This document shows, piece by piece, positions 1-9,791 of a DNA stretch of 64,000 nt (position 1 is the stretch's first letter; each line of letters starts with the position of its first letter). Both the position numbers and the translations under genes were made by a program. This DNA comes from Desulfosudaceae bacterium (GTDB lineage Bacteria > Desulfobacterota > Desulfobacteria > Desulfobacterales > Desulfosudaceae), in contig CAXXDV010000001.1 in the NCBI GenBank assembly GCA_963674745.2, positions 480,001-544,000 of the forward strand. The letters are read 5' to 3'. The notes under the pieces were generated by a model, which was given only the letters and a program-made list of their open reading frames with translations, did not search any database and had not been told where the DNA came from.

Positions 1-1
1 A

Positions 2-1147
2 GAGGTTGAGGATGCCTCTTTTTTTAAAGGGGTAAAGGCGCTGAAACTGGACGACCTGCCCGAAACCCGCCAGGAAGTGACCGTCTTTGGTTATCCCGAA
101 GGGGGTGATACCCTGAGCATCACTCGGGGTGTTATTTCGCGCATCGAGCATCAGCAGTACGTTCATTCTTCGGCCAAAATTCTGGCCATTCAGATCGACG
201 CCGCCGTCAATCCGGGCAACAGCGGCGGACCGGCCCTGATTGACGAAAAAATTGTCGGTGTGGTTATGCAGAACCGCCCGCGGGCCGACAATATCGGCTA
301 CATCGTCCCCACGCCGATCATAAAGCATTTCTTAAAAGATATTGCCGACGGCCGTTTTGACGGTATCCCCGAAGAGGGACTGATCGTTCAGCCCATGGAA
401 AACGATACCTTAAGATCCGCCTACGGAATGAAAAAGGACATGACCGGGGCCCTGGTTACGTATGTTTTACCCGGCTCCCCGGCTGAAGGCATTATCCGGC
501 CGGGCGATGTCCTTCTGGCTGTAGACGGGCATCCCATAGCCGACAACTTGACCGTTGAGTTTCGAAAAAATGACCGGACCAGTGCCGCTTATTTCGTGCA
601 ACGGCACCAGATCGGTGAAACCGTCAAAATCGACATCATCAGAAACGCAAAACCGGATACCTGTCACATCCCGCTTGAAAAAGCACTGCCTTCACTCAAT
701 CTTGTACCTGATCAACAGTATGATGTCCGCCCGACATATTATGTTTATGGCGGACTTCTGTTCATGCCGCTTACCATGGACTATCTGATGGCCTGGGGAA
801 AACGCTGGCGGGGCAATGCGCCGGCCGAACTGCTGGCCGCCACAAAAGAACTGCCGACCCGCAAAGACCAGGAGGTGGTTCTGCTCAGCCGTGTCCTGCC
901 CCATGACATCAACACGGGATATCATGAATATAAAGAGTCGATCATCACCCACGTAAACGGACAGGAAATTCTGAACCTGAAACATCTGATCCAGGTACTG
1001 GACGACAGCGGGCGGCAGGCCTCGGTCAGGTTCACCACCTCAACCAGAAACATCATTATTTTAAATCCGGCCGAAGCCGCCCGGGCCATGCCGGAAATCC
1101 TGAAAATTTACAATATTCCGGCAGACCGATCCGAAGACCTGAAGTAA
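2..1147 (+). CDS. DegP/HtrA-family trypsin-like serine protease with PDZ domains (5'-truncated by window edge)
   Basis: Catalytic AVNPGNSGGP motif; PDZ-like GSPAEGIIRPGDVLLAVDG; frame is open back to base 2 (EVEDASFF...), so the real start lies upstream. Confidence 0.9.
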   Translation, partial: EVEDASFFKGVKALKLDDLPETRQEVTVFGYPEGGDTLSITRGVISRIEHQQYVHSSAKILAIQIDAAVNPGNSGGPALIDEKIVGVVMQNRPRADNIGYIVPTPIIKHFLKDIADGRFDGIPEEGLIVQPMENDTLRSAYGMKKDMTGALVTYVLPGSPAEGIIRPGDVLLAVDGHPIADNLTVEFRKNDRTSAAYFVQRHQIGETVKIDIIRNAKPDTCHIPLEKALPSLNLVPDQQYDVRPTYYVYGGLLFMPLTMDYLMAWGKRWRGNAPAELLAATKELPTRKDQEVVLLSRVLPHDINTGYHEYKESIITHVNGQEILNLKHLIQVLDDSGRQASVRFTTSTRNIIILNPAEAARAMPEILKIYNIPADRSEDLK

Positions 1148-1161
1148 CAGCAATATCCGGG

Positions 1162-1965
1162 TTAACGGCCTTTAAACTTTGGTTTTCTTTTTTCAAACAT
1201 GGCGGCCAGGGCTTCCTGGTGGTCTTCGGTGTTATGACAAATCCCCTGAAAAACCGCTGACTGGTCGAGCAGTTCCTGCAAGGCGGTTTTCTGGCCCATG
1301 TACAGCAGTTTTTTGGCCATGCGCAACGCGCCAGGCGGCTTGGCGGCTATCCTGGCCGCCAGCTCATTGGCTTTGGTCAGAAGCTGTTCGTGGGGAACGA
1401 CGTAATTGACCATGCCGATTTTAAAGGCGGTTTCGCCATCGATCACATCACCGGTAAAGGTCAGCTCACAGGCTTTGGCCATGCCCACCACCCGGGGCAG
1501 AAACCAGGCACCGCCGTCACCCGGGATCAAACCGACATTTAAAAACGTCTCACCGAAACGGGCTTTTTCCGAAGCCACCCGCATGTCACACATCAGGGCC
1601 AAATCACAGCCCGCGCCGATGGCCGGCCCGTTGACGGCTGCGATGGTGGGGGCTTCCACGCCCCGGACGGCCAGGGGAATACGCTGCACATACTGCTTGT
1701 ATTTCTGTTCGATTTCGGCCGGCGTCCCGGCGAACATGCCGGTTTTCTGTGCCATCTCCTTGACGTTGCCGCCGGCTGAAAAAGCGGGATCGGCACCGGT
1801 GACAATCAGGGCCATGATCGACATGTCCGCGTTCACCGTGGCGAAAGCGGCCTCAAGCTCGTCGATCATCCCGGCGTCGGTAATGACATTCCTCGTTTCC
1901 GGGCAATTAAGCGTGATCGTGGCCACACCTTCGCTAATATTGAACAGAATGTTGTTGTATTCCAT
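1162..1965 (-). CDS. Enoyl-CoA hydratase/isomerase (crotonase) family protein
   Basis: AFSAGGN, IAAVNGPAIGAGCDLALMCDMR, GLIPGDGG crotonase motifs. Confidence 0.93.
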   Translation of the reverse strand: MEYNNILFNISEGVATITLNCPETRNVITDAGMIDELEAAFATVNADMSIMALIVTGADPAFSAGGNVKEMAQKTGMFAGTPAEIEQKYKQYVQRIPLAVRGVEAPTIAAVNGPAIGAGCDLALMCDMRVASEKARFGETFLNVGLIPGDGGAWFLPRVVGMAKACELTFTGDVIDGETAFKIGMVNYVVPHEQLLTKANELAARIAAKPPGALRMAKKLLYMGQKTALQELLDQSAVFQGICHNTEDHQEALAAMFEKRKPKFKGR

Positions 1966-2050
1966 TGTTTTCCCCTTTTTAGACTTTTCACCCGGACACA
2001 GTCCGGCACCAACATTATAAGTAACAGTTGCCGTTTTGTTGCAGACAGTT

Positions 2051-2911
2051 TTAGGATCTCAGCCTCACCCGGTACTTGGTCAGCAACCGGTCCGGGGAGT
2101 AGGACTGTTTGTTCTTTCTGAAATTCGCTTTACCCAGATCCTGTTCGAAATTGTAAAACACAAACCGGTCCGCCATGGCGTTGGCAAAATGATTGAACAT
2201 ATAGGGAAAAATCCCCTTGAACCGCCGGCCGCCCTTGGCAAAATGCACGGTGCACATGCCGGGCACATTTTCTCCGGCCAGCAAAAACCCGGCCGGCGCC
2301 TCATCGGCATAATATATATACCCGAACAGGTCCAGTTCCCGGCTCAGGGCCAGGGCCTCCCGGACGGAATAATAATCCGTGGTTTTCCGTGGGTTGCCGT
2401 TTTCCAGTTGCCACTGTTCAAGAACCGTTTCCGCATCCTGCTTCAGGTCCGAATGGTACGGCCGGCTGGAGACCCGGTGTGCGGCCATAAACTGTTTCAT
2501 CAGGTTTCTTTTGGGGGCCAGTTTTCGCCCTGAATAAGTCTGCAGTTTATCGGCGGCAAAAATATAATCCGCATCATCCGGATTATGATCGGCCCTAAAC
2601 CGGCCCGGGTCAAGTTGATCGAAATCCTCCCGACCGACGGGATAAAGGCATCCGAAAGCATCGATCAGGCGGACCAGATCGGCCTCATCCATCCGGGTCA
2701 GATCAAACAGCGGCATGAAAAAGGCCGTACCGTCATAAGTTTTTCCCCTTACCCCCAGAGGCGTCCGGTTATCAAGAAGAACCGCGTATTCATGAACCCG
2801 GCGGAACAAAAAAAGATTGGCAAAACAGTACTCAGAAAGCCCGTTACCGACCGGCTTTAATTTCTCTTTTAAAATACCGGCATGCTCAAGATTTAGGGGC
2901 TCCCGCTTCAT
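2051..2911 (-). CDS. DUF2156 / phosphatidylglycerol lysyltransferase C-terminal-like (GNAT-type) protein
   Basis: SEYCFANLF, DYIF, VHFAKG, FYNFEQDLG...RKNKQSY.P motifs; start overlaps upstream stop (TAATG). Confidence 0.8.
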   Translation of the reverse strand: MKREPLNLEHAGILKEKLKPVGNGLSEYCFANLFLFRRVHEYAVLLDNRTPLGVRGKTYDGTAFFMPLFDLTRMDEADLVRLIDAFGCLYPVGREDFDQLDPGRFRADHNPDDADYIFAADKLQTYSGRKLAPKRNLMKQFMAAHRVSSRPYHSDLKQDAETVLEQWQLENGNPRKTTDYYSVREALALSRELDLFGYIYYADEAPAGFLLAGENVPGMCTVHFAKGGRRFKGIFPYMFNHFANAMADRFVFYNFEQDLGKANFRKNKQSYSPDRLLTKYRVRLRS

Positions 2912-3705
2912 TATGCCGGCTCAATGGCCCTTTTTCCAGGCGCCGGCCCGTCCACCGGCGGACCGGCGAAGCACTGGGCCTTGAGCATCCAGTCCCGGGC
3001 AACGTCACCGGTGACCGCCAGGGCGGTGTCATCTACATGCCGGCGCTGAACCACCACCAGACAAAAGCCCTCAGCCGGACCCGTGATGCGTTGATCGGCA
3101 TCTTCAGGTCCCCATGTCCAGACCTCTTTCGAGGGTGCCGTCAATTCCACCCGGACGGATTTTTCCGGCACCGGCAGGCCCCGGTTCATATAGGTCCAGC
3201 CGAATGTTTTAACCCCCAGATGAGCGATGTGACGCAACCGATCGGTGGGCGTACGTATTATTTTCAGGGCATCAAACACATCCTGCCCATGGGCCCAGGT
3301 TTCCATGAGACGGGCCGTGGCAAAGGACAGGGCGCTCATGGGCGGGCCGTACCACGGCAAGCGGTCCTTGGGGCCGCACTTGACCAGGGCGTCAAGCATG
3401 ATTTTACGCTGTTCCCGCCACCACTGCATGAGTTCCTGCGGCGTCATGTCCGTTCCGACTGTTTTAAGGGTTCGGTCAAACCCTTCCAGGTCCTGAACAA
3501 TTTCCTCCAGGTGGCGATTGAAGGCCTCGGCTTCCGTAGCTGCCAGGGCGGCCCGGTCGTCAAAATAAGCCAGGTGGCGAATCTCATCCTTTATCCGCCA
3601 GGTCAGAAACGGAACCGGCGTCAGCCAGCCGGCTTCATCCAGCGGTGTCAGAACGCTTTCCAGTTCTTCATGTTCGGCTTTTAAGTCATCACAGATCGCT
3701 TTCAT
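2911..3705 (-). CDS. TIGR03084-family metal-binding protein (MDMPI-like N-domain)
   Basis: DLKAEHEEL, EIRHLAYFD, LPWYGPPMSALSFATARLMETWAHGQDV, AQCFAGPP; ATG at 3705 has an AAAGGA RBS. Confidence 0.85.
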   Translation of the reverse strand: MKAICDDLKAEHEELESVLTPLDEAGWLTPVPFLTWRIKDEIRHLAYFDDRAALAATEAEAFNRHLEEIVQDLEGFDRTLKTVGTDMTPQELMQWWREQRKIMLDALVKCGPKDRLPWYGPPMSALSFATARLMETWAHGQDVFDALKIIRTPTDRLRHIAHLGVKTFGWTYMNRGLPVPEKSVRVELTAPSKEVWTWGPEDADQRITGPAEGFCLVVVQRRHVDDTALAVTGDVARDWMLKAQCFAGPPVDGPAPGKRAIEPA

Positions 3706-3777
3706 GGGCTGTCCTTTATTCTTGGTCAATAGTTACCCTTCTTTTTACATGACCGTTTACCGAGTTTCAAGGTTTGA

Positions 3778-4539
3778 TCAGCGGTAACGCATGTAATAGG
3801 TATGCACATACCAGATCATCCCCGCCAGACCGGCAAAAAGATAATATTTGGCGCCGGGAATGTCCATGACCACCATGCGGGTGTTAAAGGGATCGCCGTT
3901 TATCAGGCTGGCAATGGGATCATATTCGGAGTCATTGATCGTCACCCGTGCAGTGGTCTCATATGATTCATGAATGATCTCTTTGGGCCGAAACAGCCAG
4001 ATGGGCTGAATCAAAGAATAAAATTGCAGCGGGCCGCCCACGTTAAAGGTTTTATAATCAAAAACCGGGGGGGGCGGGGTCTGCCGGGATCTGGACATGG
4101 TTTCGATGCGCAGCACCTCTACCTCGCGCCGGCTGACAGCGGCCGTGACATTCCCGCCAGTTTCGTTAAAGGTAAATTCCGCTTTTTTCTTGGGGTAGCC
4201 GAGAAACTCCCGCCCGTATATCATGGCCGTATCATCATCCACCACCATCCAGGGACAGTGCAGACCTTTTCCCAGGGGCGTTTTGACATGAATCAGCAGG
4301 GCCGCTTCATGGTAAGGAACCGAAAATGACGTCTTGGTATAATCGACAATAAAAAGCGTCCCTTTGGGGTCATCGCCGGGGGACATGCACCAGGGAAGAA
4401 TTTTTTTGGTTTCTTTTCTGTCAAGGGGAACGTCAGCCAGCACAAAACGGGCATTTTCCCATAATTTTGTGCCGCGTGCGGTCGGCTGAAAAATTCTGGA
4501 AAGTGACTTTCTAAACGAAGGAAGCTTGTTGTTTGCCAT
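3778..4539 (-). CDS. Acetoacetate decarboxylase-like superfamily protein
   Basis: PYHEAA and AMIYGREFLGYPKK (Schiff-base Lys motif); ATG at 4539 preceded by GGGAGGGA, avoiding overlap with the upstream gene. Confidence 0.8.
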   Translation of the reverse strand: MANNKLPSFRKSLSRIFQPTARGTKLWENARFVLADVPLDRKETKKILPWCMSPGDDPKGTLFIVDYTKTSFSVPYHEAALLIHVKTPLGKGLHCPWMVVDDDTAMIYGREFLGYPKKKAEFTFNETGGNVTAAVSRREVEVLRIETMSRSRQTPPPPVFDYKTFNVGGPLQFYSLIQPIWLFRPKEIIHESYETTARVTINDSEYDPIASLINGDPFNTRMVVMDIPGAKYYLFAGLAGMIWYVHTYYMRYR

Positions 4540-4570
4540 GATTCCCTCCCTATCACACTTGAAGAGATGA

Positions 4571-5824
4571 TTACTCGTAGGTTTTAATCCGCCGGGCGAT
4601 AAATTTTTCCACATCGGTGACGCTGTCAAAAGAACCGACCTTTTCCAAAAGCGTTGTTTTCAAAGCATCATCCTGCCAGAGCCTGGTACGGATTTTTTCA
4701 CTGGTGAGAATGGTTTCGGCCAGATCATCATCTTTAATAAATATTTTGACCGCTTTTTCCGATGTCATTATTTTATTGAACAATGCTTCGATGGTAGTGT
4801 TTGAAACCGCCAGAAAAGGTGCAATCTGCTGCCGGTGTTTGTCGATCAGCTTGAGCAACCATTTTTCCTGCATGATCTTCTCAATGGACACGATTTCATC
4901 CAACGGCCTGTCTTTCATTAAATCCGCCATTCGGGGATCGGAAGCAAACACGAAAAACACACCCAGTACGGCCTGCTGAATGCTCTCAAAAGTCGTCTTT
5001 TTTTCGTAAACATGTTCGACCATTTGCCGCACGACAAGACTTTCAAAGATGGTGTCCAGTATCCGGGTATCAACCAGGTAGTCACTCAGCCGGTTTTTCA
5101 GTATCTGGCCGACCTGGTTGATATCACTTCTCGCGGATTCAATTATCTCCCGGTCCGGAGACAGATAACCGGCATCAATATATTTTTGTTCCCGGACCAT
5201 CTTTCTTAACCCGGTGATATTAATATAGGGATATTTCTTGGATTCAAGCCAGTCGGCAATTTTGACGGGAACGTTCCCTCCGGGGCAGCCTCGATAGGTA
5301 AACGTCACCCGGGTTTTATCGCGGCCGAAATATTCCAGAACATACTCCCCGGATAGTTCGGGCACACGCAAGTATTTGTCATCAGGCGGGACAAGCTGCT
5401 GATCGGAAAGGCGAAAAACGATTTCAACCGTACCTTTCTCAACATGATAGACCGTATCATTTTCCAGCACCATATCCCGGTCTTTAAACGGCAACGGGGC
5501 ATCGACCACGCTGTAGAAAATCTTGGTATTAAAATCGACGTCTTTTAAAAGCCTGGTCTCCTCGCACCTGGCCACCCAGCGGGGGTAGGCTTCGACATCC
5601 CGCAGAACGGTTCCGATCACCTCCATTTTTGCATCCACAAACCCGGAACCTCTGAACGCGTGAGCGGGCGAATCGGGAATGTCTTTCCGGAAAACATCGA
5701 TACCGTCTTTGGTATAAAGATACTCCCATTCAGCCTCGGCACAAAAAACCGTGGCCGGCCAAAAAAACAAAAGCTGGAGTGCAAGCAACAGCGTGGCAAC
5801 AGACCTTTTCTTAAAACCAGCCAT
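4571..5824 (-). CDS. Exported START (lipid-binding) domain protein with C-terminal helical extension
   Basis: N-terminal signal peptide; WEYLYTKDGIDVF, YPRWVARC, PLPFKDRDMV, PGGNVP START motifs. Confidence 0.75.
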   Translation of the reverse strand: MAGFKKRSVATLLLALQLLFFWPATVFCAEAEWEYLYTKDGIDVFRKDIPDSPAHAFRGSGFVDAKMEVIGTVLRDVEAYPRWVARCEETRLLKDVDFNTKIFYSVVDAPLPFKDRDMVLENDTVYHVEKGTVEIVFRLSDQQLVPPDDKYLRVPELSGEYVLEYFGRDKTRVTFTYRGCPGGNVPVKIADWLESKKYPYINITGLRKMVREQKYIDAGYLSPDREIIESARSDINQVGQILKNRLSDYLVDTRILDTIFESLVVRQMVEHVYEKKTTFESIQQAVLGVFFVFASDPRMADLMKDRPLDEIVSIEKIMQEKWLLKLIDKHRQQIAPFLAVSNTTIEALFNKIMTSEKAVKIFIKDDDLAETILTSEKIRTRLWQDDALKTTLLEKVGSFDSVTDVEKFIARRIKTYE

Positions 5825-6012
5825 ATTTTTCTACCGCCCTTCAGCAAACGTGTTCATAGATTTACTGGGCACTACCTTTCAGCACCCCCCGCTTAATTTT
5901 CGCTGAATAATAATCATATCAATTACCAGAGAAAAATAAAAAATGGAAATATTTCCGATGATCAACAGTCATTATCAAAAAAACGGATTTTAAAAAATCA
6001 ATCCCAACACCG

Positions 6013-6651
6013 TTACCGGATAAAATTAGTCATCACCTTCTCGGCCTTGTCCGGGGCGGGTATTTCTTTTTTCCCGGCTGCCATGACCTGCATCAGCCAG
6101 GCCATGTTTTTCCCCAGCACTTCCATGATCTGACTGCCCTCGGCATCCTGGCTCACTTCCCCGGGATTCATGCCGTGGGCCACATTCCAGTAATTCGAAC
6201 CGGGCATGATCATTTCCGAATAAAGGATATAATGGTTCAGGGAGTTCACCGTGGGCAGACCGCCGGACCGCCTGACCGCGGCAACAGATGCCCCTACCTT
6301 ATGTCGCAAAATGCCGCCGTTGACGGAAACGACAAAAAAAGCCCGATCCAGAAAAGATTTCATTGTCCCGGACACACCGGAAAAATAAACCGGTGACCCG
6401 AGCAGAATCCCGTCCGCGGCTTTCATTTTGCCGATCCATTCATTGACCGGGTCATCATTAAATACACACTGTTCATTCTGCTTCTGGACACAACCAAAAC
6501 AGGACCGGCAGCCATGAATTGTTTCCTTGCCGACATGAATCAGTTCGGTTTCAATACCCGCCTTTTCCAGTTCCGACAAGACAATGTTTAATGCGCCGAC
6601 GGTATTCCCTTTTTTTCTGGCACTGCCGTTAAACGCCACAACCTTCATCAT
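6013..6651 (-). CDS. Flavodoxin-like / iron-sulfur flavoprotein (NADPH-dependent FMN reductase family)
   Basis: NGSARKKGNT, CRSCFGC...C cluster motif, LGSPVYF, RRSGG. Confidence 0.9.
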   Translation of the reverse strand: MMKVVAFNGSARKKGNTVGALNIVLSELEKAGIETELIHVGKETIHGCRSCFGCVQKQNEQCVFNDDPVNEWIGKMKAADGILLGSPVYFSGVSGTMKSFLDRAFFVVSVNGGILRHKVGASVAAVRRSGGLPTVNSLNHYILYSEMIMPGSNYWNVAHGMNPGEVSQDAEGSQIMEVLGKNMAWLMQVMAAGKKEIPAPDKAEKVMTNFIR

Positions 6652-7192
6652 CGTCCCCCTTTATCCTATGCTGTTTCCATATTTCCGCCAGGGCCGTCCG
6701 CCACTTTTCGTTTTCAAAAGCCAGGCCCCGCCATTGTTCCCCTTCTTTCACCTCTGACTCAAGAACTTTCCAGGCCGTCGGATAATCAAACGCTTTCCAC
6801 ATGGCGCCGGCCCGAAAAAGATACTCGCAATCTCCAATTTTCAGAAGGCTTTGACAGCCCCCGGTAAAATCAAACTGTTTCCAGTAAGCCCCGGCATAAA
6901 ATATATATTTCGGGTCCCCGGTTTCAAGCAGGGCCTTTTGTCCCGTTTCAAAATCAAATTGTTTCCATTCCAAACCGGCATGATAGATAAATTTTCCACT
7001 GTTAAGACCGGCCAGGGCAGCCAGACCCCGGGCATAATCAAAACCGGTCCACAGGCGTCCGGCCCGGAAAACATACTCGGCCTCGCCCAGCGCAACCAGA
7101 TCGGCCAGACCCCGGGCACAGTCAAAATCCCCGACGGTTTTTCCCGTCTCATAGATACGCCGGGCTTGACTGGTTTTTTCTGTCTGGCTCAT
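6629..7192 (-). CDS. Hypothetical protein built of 28-aa tandem repeats
   Basis: Four full repeats FDxxxGxxxLxxxxxxx(Y/F)x(F/Y)xAGxxWxx plus partial ones; ATGA overlap with upstream gene. Confidence 0.8.
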   Translation of the reverse strand: MSQTEKTSQARRIYETGKTVGDFDCARGLADLVALGEAEYVFRAGRLWTGFDYARGLAALAGLNSGKFIYHAGLEWKQFDFETGQKALLETGDPKYIFYAGAYWKQFDFTGGCQSLLKIGDCEYLFRAGAMWKAFDYPTAWKVLESEVKEGEQWRGLAFENEKWRTALAEIWKQHRIKGDDDEGCGV

Positions 7193-8553
7193 GATGCTTC
7201 CGTTATATCCATCACGCTTCCGAAGGGCGGATTAAAAAACTGTTTCCGGTTGCCGGATATGACCCAAAGCGTCGGAGAATAGGGACTCAGGGCGTCCAGA
7301 TCATAAATCTCGCCATCCGTGATCACGACCAGGGCCTCGGTATGATGTTTCATATAATCATTAAACAGGGGCGCGAAAAACGTCGCCCCCCGGCTGCCGG
7401 TTTTGATGTGCCGCCAGTCGCCTTTTTGATACAGATAATGCGCTGATTCGCTGTCCATCAGGCGCGCCGCTTCATGTTTCCGGGGAACGAAAAGGTCCTG
7501 GTCCATGCATAACAGGTTGACCTGGAAATCAGAGGTGAGTTCCTCCACGGCACCGAAGGCGGCCTCTAACTCACCGGGATTGGCCGTCATTGACCCGGAA
7601 ACATCGACCACAATGGTGATCAGCGGCCTGTTTTTCAGATACCGCCCCGGTGCGTAAATGCCTGCGCCAAAAAACCGCCGGTTGGGCCGGGCAAATGAAT
7701 AATCCCAGCGGCTGGTCCGGTGCATTTGGTCGGCGATGGACCTGACGGCCTTTTTCCATTTAAGGTCCCGGGCAGGCACCGGTTCTTTGATCAACCGGCA
7801 AAGGTCTGAATAAAGCCGTTCGCCACGGCAATCATCGTTGTTCCGGATAAACCCCAATATCCTTTCTGCGCCCGCCCTGGCCTGTTGAGCGGCATCATCG
7901 GCGTCGAAAAGATGAATACCCGTGGGCAGGGGTGCGCCCTTTTCGTCAACGAACTGAAGGCCTTCCGCCGGCAACGCATCATTACCCTCCCACTGATCAA
8001 TACCCGGCAGCTGTTCGGCTGCCGGCCGGCTTTGGCCATGTCTTTTGTCCTTATCCTGATGACGGGCCTGCAGCCACAAATAAACCGCCTCCCAGGTCAC
8101 ATCATAAAGCTCGGCCCGGCCCGTTTTTTTGCCGAAGGCGGCAGGGATCTCCGGCAAGCCCGGGGGAAGGGCCAGGGAAACGCGTGCGCCCTCCCCTTTT
8201 CTGGAGAAGAACGTTCTTTCATGCCCCTTGAGGTATGAATTGATGACCATATCCTGGGCCAGGTTACGGAAACGAACATCCTGGCCGGCTCGGCCCCGAT
8301 GTGCGTGATTCAGGACAATGTGAAGCATCTCATGAATCAGCAGCCCGATCAGGTGATCGACCGGGATTTTTAATACAAACTGCTGATTGTAAAACAGAAC
8401 AAACCGGTGCGCCGATAGCGTCAACGCCAGGGTAGGAACGCTTTTACTGTCAACCAGGGAAACGGCCTGATAAAAATAGGAGGCAAAACGGCTTTGCCGC
8501 CACAGCGTTGATAACACCGCTTCCCATTTGTCGACAGCAGGAACTGCGGTCAT
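7189..8553 (-). CDS. DUF2201-type putative metallopeptidase (HExxH) fused to vWA-like domain
   Basis: HEMLH zincin motif, NLAQDMVIN, RPNRR, MIDAS DVSGS...T...ITDG. Confidence 0.85.
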   Translation of the reverse strand: MTAVPAVDKWEAVLSTLWRQSRFASYFYQAVSLVDSKSVPTLALTLSAHRFVLFYNQQFVLKIPVDHLIGLLIHEMLHIVLNHAHRGRAGQDVRFRNLAQDMVINSYLKGHERTFFSRKGEGARVSLALPPGLPEIPAAFGKKTGRAELYDVTWEAVYLWLQARHQDKDKRHGQSRPAAEQLPGIDQWEGNDALPAEGLQFVDEKGAPLPTGIHLFDADDAAQQARAGAERILGFIRNNDDCRGERLYSDLCRLIKEPVPARDLKWKKAVRSIADQMHRTSRWDYSFARPNRRFFGAGIYAPGRYLKNRPLITIVVDVSGSMTANPGELEAAFGAVEELTSDFQVNLLCMDQDLFVPRKHEAARLMDSESAHYLYQKGDWRHIKTGSRGATFFAPLFNDYMKHHTEALVVITDGEIYDLDALSPYSPTLWVISGNRKQFFNPPFGSVMDITEAS

Positions 8554-9713
8554 TCGCTCTCCAGCATCTCGATTACCTGTTGATCGATTTTCGCGGCCAG
8601 GCCCTTGTCTTCAAGAAGGCCCAGGGCCGACGGCATCTGCGTAAACACGGCACACGCTTTGATCAGCTGATAGACGAAAGACAGGCGCATGTCCGCCCTT
8701 AAGTGGCTGACAAAAGAAAGAATATTTGCCAACGTGCGCAGATCGCCCGGCTGCAGATCAGATCCGGCGTTGATTTTCATATCCCTTAATGTATTTAAGG
8801 CACCGGTCATGGCCCATAAAACGTCTTCAGGACTGATCTGATTGTTTTTCACGGCTTCCAGCTTTACGGGATCGCCATCAAGGACATCCTGTGTCGTCAG
8901 TTGCCGGGGACAGGTCAGCTGAAGGACAAAGTCATCGCTGGCCACCCGGCCGACAAGGGCGCTGATCATTTTTTCAAGCGAGGAGAGCGGATTGGTCGAC
9001 AGGTAGGCGGTCAAGGCGTCATGGGTGTGTAAGCCGTAGGACAGGCACAGGGCCTGGGACACCTGGTGCCAGCCCCGGGGATTGGGATGGACATGGTTCT
9101 CGTCCCAGAGCCTTTCCGGATACCGGCTGATGTATCTCATGATCGAGGGGTGTATCTTTTCCGCAGCCGCCCAGCGCAACCAGCTTTGCGCGTCCGGTTT
9201 CAGATGAAAGATGGCCAGCCGCCCGTCCAGGGCGGCATCATCAAACCGGGTGATGGTGGTGTTGTCGGTTTCGCCCAGGTTGCCGGCCAGGACGATAAAC
9301 GTCCTGTCGGCCAGCCGGTGCTCACCGCATATTTTTTCCGTAATAATCTGAAACAGGGTCTGGATAACGGTCGGATGGGCCCGGTTGGCTTCGTCCAGAA
9401 ACCAGAGGATGCCGTCGAACCCTTCCGGCACATGGTCCGGCGGAATAAACCCCGGCCGGTAATAGATCATCCGTTGGGCTTTGTGGTCGGGAACCGGGTA
9501 TCCGCCAAGGTCAATGTTTTCCTTGAAGGCCAGGCGCGTGTCAATAAAAAGAAAATTCTTCTTTTTTGCCGTCTGCCGGACAACATCCGACTTGCCGATA
9601 CCGGGGTGCCCCACGATCTTGACGGCAAAGTTGATGGTGGCCTCAGCGTCAAGGTAATTTTCGAGTATCTCCTTGAGTTCCGGAACACCAACGCCGACTG
9701 GATCTTTTCTCAT
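8550..9713 (-). CDS. MoxR-like/AAA_5 ATPase
   Basis: Walker A GHPGIGKS, Walker B WFLDEANRA, LAGN sensor, AALDGR Arg finger, PNPRGW. Confidence 0.88.
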   Translation of the reverse strand: MRKDPVGVGVPELKEILENYLDAEATINFAVKIVGHPGIGKSDVVRQTAKKKNFLFIDTRLAFKENIDLGGYPVPDHKAQRMIYYRPGFIPPDHVPEGFDGILWFLDEANRAHPTVIQTLFQIITEKICGEHRLADRTFIVLAGNLGETDNTTITRFDDAALDGRLAIFHLKPDAQSWLRWAAAEKIHPSIMRYISRYPERLWDENHVHPNPRGWHQVSQALCLSYGLHTHDALTAYLSTNPLSSLEKMISALVGRVASDDFVLQLTCPRQLTTQDVLDGDPVKLEAVKNNQISPEDVLWAMTGALNTLRDMKINAGSDLQPGDLRTLANILSFVSHLRADMRLSFVYQLIKACAVFTQMPSALGLLEDKGLAAKIDQQVIEMLESE

Positions 9714-9730
9714 TTATCCCTCACCCAACA

Positions 9731-9763
9731 AATAAGGCGGAAGTATTGAACCCCCGCCTTATT
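9731..9763. terminator. Hairpin between acyl-CoA dehydrogenase and AAA operon
   Basis: AATAAGGCGG...CCGCCTTATT 10-bp inverted repeat. Confidence 0.45.
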
Positions 9764-9791
9764 CGAATATTTTTTTTACAAAGCCATCAAA

